From: a virus
Taxonomy: Duplodnaviria > Caudoviricetes
Virus record (IMG/VR): IMGVR_UViG_3300038314_000273
Coordinates: 1 to 30,260 of that record
Strand: one strand, 5' to 3'
DNA: 30,260 bases
The position numbers and the translations under genes were made by a program. Below the pieces are notes generated by a model. The model was not told the origin of the DNA. It did not search any database and saw only the letters and a program-made list of their open reading frames with translations. Shown in pieces: positions 9,876 through 16,723 of this stretch (the stretch's first letter is position 1; each line of letters opens with the position of its first letter).

Positions 9876-11386
9876 AATTCTCCGAGGGGTTGATAATAAT
9901 AAGTTAAGCCATTGACCAATAAATTAGAGTTCGCTGTTTGAGTTATATCAAAACTTATCTCTGTTGTCATTAATTCGACCGGTACCATTGGTGTAGGTCT
10001 CGTGTCTCCATTGAGTGAAACTGCAGTCGTTTTTGCGTCGGGAGTTCTAGCATCCCATCGATGCTGTATATTGGCGGTGCCAACAAACATAGCATCCATA
10101 CCATAAATCTTCTTCCAACGACCAGAACCACCTAACGTTTGAAAACCACTAGTGATTTGTACGTCAATATCGCTAGTAACTGAACCAGCAACATCATCAT
10201 TATACTTGCCTGGATCAAAACCAAATATAAAACTTCCAGATGCATTACTCATCTTTACGTATAACAAGTCTCTATATGAGCATATACCACTAATCACAGA
10301 ACCTTGCGCCATTGTATATCTAGACCATGCTGTCAGTTGCGCATTAGTTGAATGCGTCAATACAAACATCTCATCTTTAATCGCGCATATGTACTGATCA
10401 TTACCACTAAAGTGTATGGCTATTGGTTCGTTCGTAGCAGCATCCGTAGCGAGTTTAGGTTTTACTATATTGCTCACAGGAGCCCCAATATCTGCTGATA
10501 TCATTCTGTCTGTATACAGCATCTGACCAGCAGATTGAAACCCTGCAACATTACAGAATACTAAGTCTGAACCTAACGGCGCTATAGTATCTGTATATGT
10601 AACGTAACCATTCTCTACTACTGAGTCCAGTTCTATCAATGAAGGATCTGGATCAGTCTTCCACAGTTGAATATTATTAGTCATGAATGCAACTAATTGA
10701 TTCTTGAAAACCCCCAGCGCCACAATTTCGTCTTCATCAGGAGATTCTAAACCGGCAGGCAAACCTAGTGCACCACTAGCATCGTCGGGCGAAGACCAAT
10801 CAGTAGGATCTTCAGTTGCTGAGTATTTTATATATGCATCACCTGCGGCATTGGTACCTATAGCGAATACCTTAGAGGCGTTTACTACTGCTGATTTACT
10901 ATTGGGACAATTAGCATCTGTAATAACTGTTCCTGTTCCAACTATGTGTTCGGCTAGAGTACCATAAAAATGTCTTATTGTGCCACTGGTAAATTCTACT
11001 ACAATATAAGGTTTGCGATTGAAGACTAAAAACTCCCACACATGCTTGACTGTATCAGAAGCATTGTCTGGATTCTGACATATCACAACCTGTAAGGTGC
11101 TAGATATTGGATTGCCAATACCAAAGCCTGCTAACGTAGGAGGTGAAGTAAATCCCGCTGCATGTGTAACAGTAACTAACTTTTGGTCGAACATAAACAA
11201 ACCATGAAAATTAGTATCTAAGGCTGTAGAAGAATGGAGGTTATCCATACCTGGCCTTTTAGAGATAGCATAACCAGATGTTACATATGCATTCTTGCAT
11301 TCTTGCAACGATCGGGCATCAGATACTTGCTCAGACTTTCTATGGTCTAAACCTAATCTGAAATCTTCAAACGTAAAACCAGACAT
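9872..11386 (-). CDS. Tail tubular protein B / nozzle (DNA stabilisation) -like protein, 504 aa
   Basis: N-terminal F..GLD...L..C.NA......I.KRPG pattern, beta-rich repeats, ...YSATEDPTDW..., ...LTAWSRY...; size and position before the internal proteins fit the podovirus nozzle family. Confidence 0.75.
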   Translation of the reverse strand: MSGFTFEDFRLGLDHRKSEQVSDARSLQECKNAYVTSGYAISKRPGMDNLHSSTALDTNFHGLFMFDQKLVTVTHAAGFTSPPTLAGFGIGNPISSTLQVVICQNPDNASDTVKHVWEFLVFNRKPYIVVEFTSGTIRHFYGTLAEHIVGTGTVITDANCPNSKSAVVNASKVFAIGTNAAGDAYIKYSATEDPTDWSSPDDASGALGLPAGLESPDEDEIVALGVFKNQLVAFMTNNIQLWKTDPDPSLIELDSVVENGYVTYTDTIAPLGSDLVFCNVAGFQSAGQMLYTDRMISADIGAPVSNIVKPKLATDAATNEPIAIHFSGNDQYICAIKDEMFVLTHSTNAQLTAWSRYTMAQGSVISGICSYRDLLYVKMSNASGSFIFGFDPGKYNDDVAGSVTSDIDVQITSGFQTLGGSGRWKKIYGMDAMFVGTANIQHRWDARTPDAKTTAVSLNGDTRPTPMVPVELMTTEISFDITQTANSNLLVNGLTYYYQPLGEF

Positions 11387-11388
11387 TA

Positions 11389-11544
11389 TTAAAGTTTGAG
11401 GTGAGCAAAGTCGTCAACTTGTTTTACCTTAGGTGCTGCTGGCTTTTTTCTATAGTTAACAAGATGTCGTCCTTGTTTTGATTCTTTCCGAGTTTCCCCT
11501 GGAAGTGGTTTATGCTTTTCCGGCTTAGGTCTTACGAAACCCAT
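11389..11544 (-). CDS. Small basic hypothetical protein, 51 aa (MGFVRPKPEKHKPLPGETRKESKQGRHLVNYRKKPAAPKVKQVDDFAHLKL)
   Basis: Hand-translated, below the track's length cutoff. AGGAGA upstream of the ATG; it fills the gap between two genes and its stop lies 2 nt before the nozzle ATG. Confidence 0.65.
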   Translation of the reverse strand: MGFVRPKPEKHKPLPGETRKESKQGRHLVNYRKKPAAPKVKQVDDFAHLKL

Positions 11545-11555
11545 ATTATCTCTCC

Positions 11556-11858
11556 TTATCTTACTTTGGTTGCTAGGATTTTATCTAACATACTCTCAAT
11601 AGACTCCAACCTGTACACCATAACATCCAGATCCTTTACAGCATCTTGAACCTCTTTCTGATCCCCTGTGAGTTTCTTGAGATTATGTATCTCGATACCA
11701 CACTGCTTAGCTTCTGCCTCTAGAGCAGGTATAGCGCGTCCCTGGATGCCTCCTATACGCTTTACCTCTGCAGATAGTCCAGAAGCCCACCATATAGCAC
11801 TACCTGTCTGCGCGATAATGAACAGCATAAAACCAAAGAATTTCGGATCAATTTTCAT
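11556..11858 (-). CDS. Membrane-anchored coiled-coil protein, 100 aa (holin/spanin-like candidate)
   Basis: N-terminal hydrophobic helix FFGFMLFIIAQTGSAIWWA followed by a heptad-rich tail; ATGA overlap with the upstream gene. Confidence 0.6.
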   Translation of the reverse strand: MKIDPKFFGFMLFIIAQTGSAIWWASGLSAEVKRIGGIQGRAIPALEAEAKQCGIEIHNLKKLTGDQKEVQDAVKDLDVMVYRLESIESMLDKILATKVR

Positions 11859-12088
11859 TTCTTTTTCCTCTTACCGCGCAATACATCCTTCACGTATTTC
11901 TTGTACTCTTCTCTAGATCCATGCCCCACCTTTCGAGATACTTCTTTTGAAACTTTTGTAGCATGATCGTGACTCTTAAACGGACCACCTAATCGTTCCC
12001 TCACCCCATGAGGGTTCTTAGGATTTTCTTTAGTATACAGGTAGATACCACCATCAGAATCAAAACTCTCTGATTTTATATGTCCCAT
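11855..12088 (-). CDS. Small basic hypothetical protein, 77 aa
   Basis: TAATG coupling upstream, ATGA coupling downstream; Lys/His-rich. Confidence 0.65.
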   Translation of the reverse strand: MGHIKSESFDSDGGIYLYTKENPKNPHGVRERLGGPFKSHDHATKVSKEVSRKVGHGSREEYKKYVKDVLRGKRKKK

Positions 12089-12498
12089 TACCGTTTCTTC
12101 TTCTTAGCCCTCTCAAGCGGCCCCGGTAATAGCCAACCGAGCACCATGGGCGCGACTACTATCAATATTAATAACCAACCTCCCATTTCTACGAGAGATC
12201 CTAACAACGTCCAGAAATTATCTGGGGCACAACTAGCTGCTGTATGCATGCTGCCTCCTTTCGATGGTGTCATCACGTCCGCAACCACACTTGTCACAGA
12301 GGCACCTCCCGCTGAGGCCAGTAACACAGGTGCAGTCCCCGATGTCGCAATCGAGGCAATCGCACCCGCTCCCAACGATCCGCCCCCTATCAGCGCCGCT
12401 TTCTTTAGACTCGTGCATCCTACTAGAACAAGTTGTAGGCCACAGAGACTAATACAGCGAGTATAATTACTGCATAAATAGGTTTTTCCTTTACCCAA
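12088..12498 (-). CDS. Putative lipoprotein with Gly-zipper and C-terminal transmembrane helix (u-spanin-like topology); start uncertain (TTG 12498, or internal ATG 12249)
   Basis: Lipobox-like LVLVG-C (Cys codon 12415-12417), GGGSLGAGAIAS Gly-zipper, C-terminal GGWLLILIVVAPMVLGWLL plus KKKKR. The track's start at 12603 lies inside iscA and is unlikely. Confidence 0.55.
   Translation of the reverse strand: MGKGKTYLCSNYTRCISLCGLQLVLVGCTSLKKAALIGGGSLGAGAIASIATSGTAPVLLASAGGASVTSVVADVMTPSKGGSMHTAASCAPDNFWTLLGSLVEMGGWLLILIVVAPMVLGWLLPGPLERAKKKKR
12233..12418 (-). CDS. Cys-rich metallothionein-like peptide, 61 aa, overprinted on the lipoprotein-like ORF
   Basis: 9 Cys arranged CxCxxC-x4-CxC-x7-CxCxxCxC; ATG sits 1 nt after the tandem TAG TAG of the upstream 30-aa ORF; codon choice in the host frame looks constrained (see findings). 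Confidence 0.45.
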   Translation of the reverse strand: MHESKESGADRGRIVGSGCDCLDCDIGDCTCVTGLSGRCLCDKCGCGRDDTIERRQHAYSS

Positions 12499-12515
12499 TT
12501 TTTTAATGATTCCAT
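12423..12515 (-). CDS. Small single-pass membrane peptide, 30 aa (MESLKNWVKEKPIYAVIILAVLVSVAYNLF)
   Basis: Hand-translated. GGAGG Shine-Dalgarno, TAATG overlap with the iscA stop, clean hydrophobic helix, ends in TAG TAG. Confidence 0.65.
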   Translation of the reverse strand: MESLKNWVKEKPIYAVIILAVLVSVAYNLF

Positions 12516-12820
12516 TAAGCTTCCTCCAATTGGAATGAATTGCCACATCCACAAGATTTGGTATTGGGGATGTCAAACTTGAACGTAGGCGAGAAAGGAT
12601 CATTTACCCAGTCTAGGGTCGCGTTCGTCAAATACCCCGCCGAGATGGAGTCTATAACCGTATTCTCGCTCAATAGCATGTCGTCTTTTTCTCTCCCAGA
12701 TGTCTTGGACAAGCCAACCGTGAAGCCACTGCAACCACCGCCATTGACTTCGATCCTTAAACATTCTGAATCGCTCAGGATCTCCTCTATCTTCTTTGCC
12801 GCTGTCGGGGTAATGGTCAT
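12515..12820 (-). CDS. iscA: A-type Fe-S cluster carrier protein (HesB/IscA/SufA/ErpA family), 101 aa; phage auxiliary gene
   Basis: MTITPTAAKKI start, LRIEVNGGGCSGF, and C-terminal PNTKSCGCGNSF: all three conserved Cys of the family are present. The subfamily (IscA vs SufA vs ErpA) cannot be resolved by eye. Confidence 0.93.
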   Translation of the reverse strand: MTITPTAAKKIEEILSDSECLRIEVNGGGCSGFTVGLSKTSGREKDDMLLSENTVIDSISAGYLTNATLDWVNDPFSPTFKFDIPNTKSCGCGNSFQLEEA

Positions 12821-13083
12821 TGATCACGTCTGACTCCTAAACGATCTATTTTTACGCTCAAATGCTTCAACATTTCTTTAATCTCCCCAAATTCCTCTGA
12901 GTGTCTTTTGTCAGTTCTATCCATCCTCTCTGCGAGACTCGAGATAGACATTTTATTCATCACGGTTTCTTGCTCAATCCCTGTCACATATGTGAAGAAA
13001 CCAATAGCAATAACGGCAGTTGACAGGATGTGTGATACGCTTAGGCCTTTCGACAGGTGCCATCCGCCGTTATTCTCTGCCAT
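12817..13083 (-). CDS. Membrane-anchored coiled-coil protein, 88 aa (holin-like candidate)
   Basis: W.L.K.LSVSHILSTAVIAIGFFTYV hydrophobic helix then coiled coil ending EIKEMLKHLSVKIDRL; coupled on both sides. Confidence 0.6.
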   Translation of the reverse strand: MAENNGGWHLSKGLSVSHILSTAVIAIGFFTYVTGIEQETVMNKMSISSLAERMDRTDKRHSEEFGEIKEMLKHLSVKIDRLGVRRDQ

Positions 13084-13271
13084 TATCCAGCCAGTTCCTG
13101 AAGCTTAGCATCCATGGCTCTTACGCCAGCAGATACAGAATTAGCGAAAATAAACGGAAATACGGCGTGTATTACGCCTACTACCGCCATAACTATGAGC
13201 TGTCCAGATAGCTTTAAAGCAAAACCTAGATGCTCAAAATAACCCATATTATTGTCTTTCAAGTGTTTCAT
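13083..13271 (-). CDS. Small membrane protein resembling the DUF6356 family, 62 aa
   Basis: H.....MGYFEHLGFAL......V...IHAVFPFIF..SVS pattern, recalled as DUF6356-like; three spaced His residues. Confidence 0.65.
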   Translation of the reverse strand: MKHLKDNNMGYFEHLGFALKLSGQLIVMAVVGVIHAVFPFIFANSVSAGVRAMDAKLQELAG

Positions 13272-13624
13272 GCGTCTGTATTATCCTCAGGGGTTTTTGC
13301 GGGTAAACTCTCTGTTTCTATCGTATTTAAACAGTCATTAGCTGACCAGAATATACAAGTTTGATTGACCCGACTATTGTGTAAGAAAAGCGTGCTGCTA
13401 GGGTTGTTACAGTTCTCTGTAATATACATCTGGATGGTCGGTGTAACCATCAAAGCATGCACGGGCTTTTCATTATACTTGGAAAGTAACTCCTCTATGA
13501 TAGGTTGCGGTCCTCCCATCACACATAATGCCTGTATAGGTGCTACCGTTCTAAAGAATGTTGGACTTTCCGCAGAGGAACTAAACGGCAATAACAGCAG
13601 TAATGCTCCCAATAGGTATTTCAT
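13268..13624 (-). CDS. Secreted/periplasmic hypothetical protein, 118 aa, 4 Cys
   Basis: Classic Sec signal peptide MKYLLGALLLLLPFSSSA; mature part has C...L.SKYNEKP...TC.FW. Confidence 0.7.
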   Translation of the reverse strand: MKYLLGALLLLLPFSSSAESPTFFRTVAPIQALCVMGGPQPIIEELLSKYNEKPVHALMVTPTIQMYITENCNNPSSTLFLHNSRVNQTCIFWSANDCLNTIETESLPAKTPEDNTDA

Positions 13625-13906
13625 TTAGATACCAAAAGCTGCTGATATTTCCTCTTCAGACAGTCCCAATGCCGCCAGTTTAGACTTAGCACTGGCTTTA
13701 TTTTCAGCATGTGCAAGTTCCTCTGCTGTAGGTTCTGGGGCAGGTGGCTCTACAAACGTAAACACATTACCATCCCATGACCCACCGATACGAGCATCAG
13801 CCGTAGCTTCAATTAGCTCAGAACCTTCCACAGAAAACTCTGTCACACCATCCCATACCACTACATTCTCTACAACACCATTTTTTACTACCGCATAATT
13901 AGCCAT
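13625..13906 (-). CDS. Small tail-fibre partner / assembly chaperone-like protein, 93 aa
   Basis: MANYAVVKNGVVENVVVWDG...IGGSWDG.F..P pattern of genes that follow Gly-rich fibres; C-terminus KLAALGLSEEEISAAFGI is shared with 15428..15685; GGAGG Shine-Dalgarno. Confidence 0.65.
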   Translation of the reverse strand: MANYAVVKNGVVENVVVWDGVTEFSVEGSELIEATADARIGGSWDGNVFTFVEPPAPEPTAEELAHAENKASAKSKLAALGLSEEEISAAFGI

Positions 13907-13915
13907 TTTGGCCTC

Positions 13916-14665
13916 CTATTTAAATTCCCAGACGATAACAATACCACCAGAACCCGAACCACCAGCTGTAGCAGAACCAGCGTTCTTTGATCCACAACCA
14001 CCAGCACCATAACCAGTTGCTACACTAGAACCACCACCTACCGTTCCACCAGAATCAAGTCTATATACACCTCCAAGACCTAACATGCTATTTCCGCCTG
14101 ATGGCGATCCGCCGGGATGTCCATTTATCCCAGATTGACCAGTGACTAAAAAGTGAGTGCCACCGCCAGTGACAGTTGGTACCCCTCCAAGTCCACCATC
14201 CCTTGTCCCAGAACCGCTAGCGTTTTCTCCTTTGATTCCGCCAGTACCCGTAATTACATGTGTGCCATCGCTCCATGTCGTATCTCCACCGTCAGCGCCG
14301 TCACCACCACCAGCTCCTATACCTATAGTTGCGCTGGCTATACTACTCACATCTATCGTTTTTCTGACATATCCTCCTGCGCCGCCTCCTCCAGATACCC
14401 CACCGGAAGCACTAGCTGCGGAATGACCACCACCAGCACCAGCACCTTGAACTTCTACAATAACCTTAGTAACCCCTGTAGGGCGAGTCCAGTTGCCAGA
14501 TGTAATAAACTGCATGGAAGTAAACCCACCAGCTGCGCTAGCGAAGGATAATGTACCACTACCATCTGTTTTTAAGAATTCACCAGCAGAACCATCATTC
14601 GCTGGTATGTTAAATGTATCGTCTGTTGAGCTTGCTGCGATCTGCGCTGCTATTAATTTACCCAT
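13916..14665 (-). CDS. Glycine-rich tail-fibre-like protein, 249 aa
   Basis: IPANDGSAGEFLKTDGSGTLSF hinge, then F..SG.W..P.GVTKVIVEVQGAGAGGG ... GGSGSGGIVIVWEFK Gly-rich domain. Confidence 0.8.
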   Translation of the reverse strand: MGKLIAAQIAASSTDDTFNIPANDGSAGEFLKTDGSGTLSFASAAGGFTSMQFITSGNWTRPTGVTKVIVEVQGAGAGGGHSAASASGGVSGGGGAGGYVRKTIDVSSIASATIGIGAGGGDGADGGDTTWSDGTHVITGTGGIKGENASGSGTRDGGLGGVPTVTGGGTHFLVTGQSGINGHPGGSPSGGNSMLGLGGVYRLDSGGTVGGGSSVATGYGAGGCGSKNAGSATAGGSGSGGIVIVWEFK

Positions 14666-14694
14666 TATTTATACTCCCAGATGACTACTAAACC
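14663..14694. repeat. 32-nt direct repeat, copy 1 (partner at 16692-16723)
   Basis: cattatttatactcccagatgactactaaacc; 30/32 identical to copy 2; spans the GLVVIWEYK-stop-ATG junction. Confidence 0.85.
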
Positions 14695-15426
14695 ATCTTG
14701 AGCGGCGGTACCACCAGCAGTACCAGATGAACTATACCCTTGTGCCCCAGACCCATACCCAACGCCCGGTTCTCCAGTACCATATCCAGTACTTCTAACT
14801 TGACCCGCTCCCCAAAAACTGTCACCGCCAGCGGTCCATGATGGATTGCCGCTTCCCGCCCCATCCATCCTAAAGTCATAAGATGAGGCTGCAGAAGTTA
14901 CAGTGCCGCCAGCACCGCCAGATCCAGTAGTTGCACCAGACGCCCCGCCTCCCCCAGTGCCTCCAACGCAAGTTATCGCGGTAAAAGAAGTTCCTGATGC
15001 AGATGTAAATGAACTTGTGCCACCTGTTCCTCCAGCAACGCCACCAGTACCGGCAGTTCCGCCAGCACCAACAACTATATCCATCGTATCTGTATCAACA
15101 ACAGTGAGGCGTTTCCAAGCAAACGCTCCGCCACCACCATGGCCTCCACCAGCAGATGCGCTTGAACCACCACCTCCGCCTCCACCGGCTTGAACTTGTA
15201 CGATTATTTGTGTTGTGCCAGACGCTGGTGACCACCCACTATGACTTCCCGCTGCGAAAGTAGTAACTGTATTAAACCCAGAAGAAGCTACTGTAGCCCA
15301 ACTAAGTGCTCCAGCACCATCATTCTGTAAATACTGACTAGCCGATGCATTAGATGTCGGAAGCGTTAAGGCAGTTGTCGATCCGCCTGTCTTCTGTATT
15401 TGATCTACTATAAGTGTTGATGCCAT
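14665..15426 (-). CDS. Glycine-rich tail-fibre-like protein, 253 aa
   Basis: MASTLIVDQIQK N-terminus, LPTSNASASQYLQNDGAGALSW hinge, Gly-rich domain ending GLVVIWEYK; paralogue of neighbours. Confidence 0.8.
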   Translation of the reverse strand: MASTLIVDQIQKTGGSTTALTLPTSNASASQYLQNDGAGALSWATVASSGFNTVTTFAAGSHSGWSPASGTTQIIVQVQAGGGGGGGSSASAGGGHGGGGAFAWKRLTVVDTDTMDIVVGAGGTAGTGGVAGGTGGTSSFTSASGTSFTAITCVGGTGGGGASGATTGSGGAGGTVTSAASSYDFRMDGAGSGNPSWTAGGDSFWGAGQVRSTGYGTGEPGVGYGSGAQGYSSSGTAGGTAAQDGLVVIWEYK

Positions 15427-15427
15427 G

Positions 15428-15685
15428 TTATATTCCGAAAGCCGTCTTGACTTCTTCTGTTGTTAGTCCTAATCCCTCTAGCTTTTCTTTTACAGAAGCT
15501 AATCTGCTAGCTTCAGCGGCGGCATCTGCTTCTGCTTGGATAGCTAGTGCCGCTTGTTTTTCTCTTATTTGCTCTGTCGTGATTCCGTTAGGATTTCCGT
15601 CGTGCCACTCAATGTCCATTCCTTCGCGGACAATAACTTGCGCGTTTGGATCAATCGAGAGAATTGTTTGAGTTATATCAATCAT
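15428..15685 (-). CDS. Small tail-fibre partner / chaperone-like protein, 85 aa
   Basis: DI...ILSIDPNAQV......IEWHDGNP..IT.EQI pattern; C-terminus KLEGLGLTTEEVKTAFGI. Confidence 0.65.
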   Translation of the reverse strand: MIDITQTILSIDPNAQVIVREGMDIEWHDGNPNGITTEQIREKQAALAIQAEADAAAEASRLASVKEKLEGLGLTTEEVKTAFGI

Positions 15686-16263
15686 GCCGCTATCTCCATA
15701 ACAGTAATCGATGCATATCCAATATATGTATCCCCGCTAGGCATTGACCCTGTAGCTCTTGGCAGATACACAATCATCGAGCTTGCATTGTCATCTACTC
15801 TTGCTTGAACCTTGTATGTCACAGCACTTGCAGTTGATGGCGTATCAAGCACTGTCACAGCAAGTGATCCCAATGCTGGACCATATTGGTCGGTGAAAGA
15901 ACCTTCTGCGATTGATGTTGAATCTCGCAATAATTTATATAGCCCATATGCGCCAGTTAAATTTGCTCGTCCGTAATTTGCCGAAACCGTTACAAGCACT
16001 TTATTCGACGAGGATGCTGGAGTTATCGACACACTCAAGTCTGTGTCTGCGTAACTAGTACTTGTGCTACTCCAGTTTGTGCTTGTCCCATCAGAGATAA
16101 CTTGTAAAACCTTTCCACCTACTGCAGAGCTAACAAACCCCAAATTACCCGAACCATCAGTCTTCATTAATTGCCCAGCAGTTCCATCAGCTGCTGGTAG
16201 AGTAAAAATAGCAGGCGATGCACCTGTAGCTTTAGAAATTTGGTCTACTTTTAGCTTACTCAT
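15682..16263 (-). CDS. Tail-fibre-like protein, 193 aa, beta-sandwich tip
   Basis: MSKLKVDQISK N-terminus, LPAADGTAGQLMKTDGSGNLGF hinge, GKVLQV...LSVSITPASSSNKVLV...LDTPSTASAVTYKVQ...SITVMEIAA domain. Confidence 0.8.
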   Translation of the reverse strand: MSKLKVDQISKATGASPAIFTLPAADGTAGQLMKTDGSGNLGFVSSAVGGKVLQVISDGTSTNWSSTSTSYADTDLSVSITPASSSNKVLVTVSANYGRANLTGAYGLYKLLRDSTSIAEGSFTDQYGPALGSLAVTVLDTPSTASAVTYKVQARVDDNASSMIVYLPRATGSMPSGDTYIGYASITVMEIAA

Positions 16264-16694
16264 ACGATACTCCAGTTACCTGATACGGTCACAGTAGCAC
16301 TCCCAGAAATTGTTATTGGACCTGCGCTAACGCCGTTATCTGTAGGTGCAATCACCAAGGATGTATCAATATCATTGTGATTGATTCTAATAATAGCCGC
16401 TTGATCTGTGTCTGCAGCGCCTAGCGTCTGATCTATCACCACACTATTTGCTTGGATGCCTAAATATAACACTTCTATGTTGATACCGGCAGTCACAGCA
16501 GCGCTAAACGTTAATGTTGTGCCTGATACAGCATATGCACCATCTGCTGCGTTCTGTTTCACACCATCTAAGCAGACAATAATACCAGATGCACTTACTG
16601 GAGCACGACTGAGCGTGTAGATAGCTGTACCGTCAGAAGCGATATTCTCGCTTGGGTAGTTTCCGTAGAGTGGTCCTGATCCTATGTAGCTCAT
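16260..16694 (-). CDS. Tail-fibre connector-like protein, 144 aa
   Basis: MSYIG start, V.LDGVKQ.....Y.VSGTTLTFSAA repeat unit, C-terminal NGVSAGPITI....TVTVSGNWSIV. Confidence 0.75.
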   Translation of the reverse strand: MSYIGSGPLYGNYPSENIASDGTAIYTLSRAPVSASGIIVCLDGVKQNAADGAYAVSGTTLTFSAAVTAGINIEVLYLGIQANSVVIDQTLGAADTDQAAIIRINHNDIDTSLVIAPTDNGVSAGPITISGSATVTVSGNWSIV

Positions 16695-16723
16695 TATTTA
16701 TACTCCCAGATAACTACCAAACC
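16692..16723. repeat. 32-nt direct repeat, copy 2 (partner at 14663-14694)
   Basis: cattatttatactcccagataactaccaaacc; the first 20 nt are identical to copy 1. Confidence 0.85.

Noticed and set aside
12499-12603. N-terminal extension of the 171-aa track ORF
   Set aside because: It overlaps the conserved C-terminus of iscA and would place the lipobox too far from the start; TTG 12498 or ATG 12249 are more plausible.
12600-12827. 75-aa minus-strand ORF overlapping iscA in another frame
   Set aside because: Almost entirely inside a well-supported gene, with no motif or coupling evidence.
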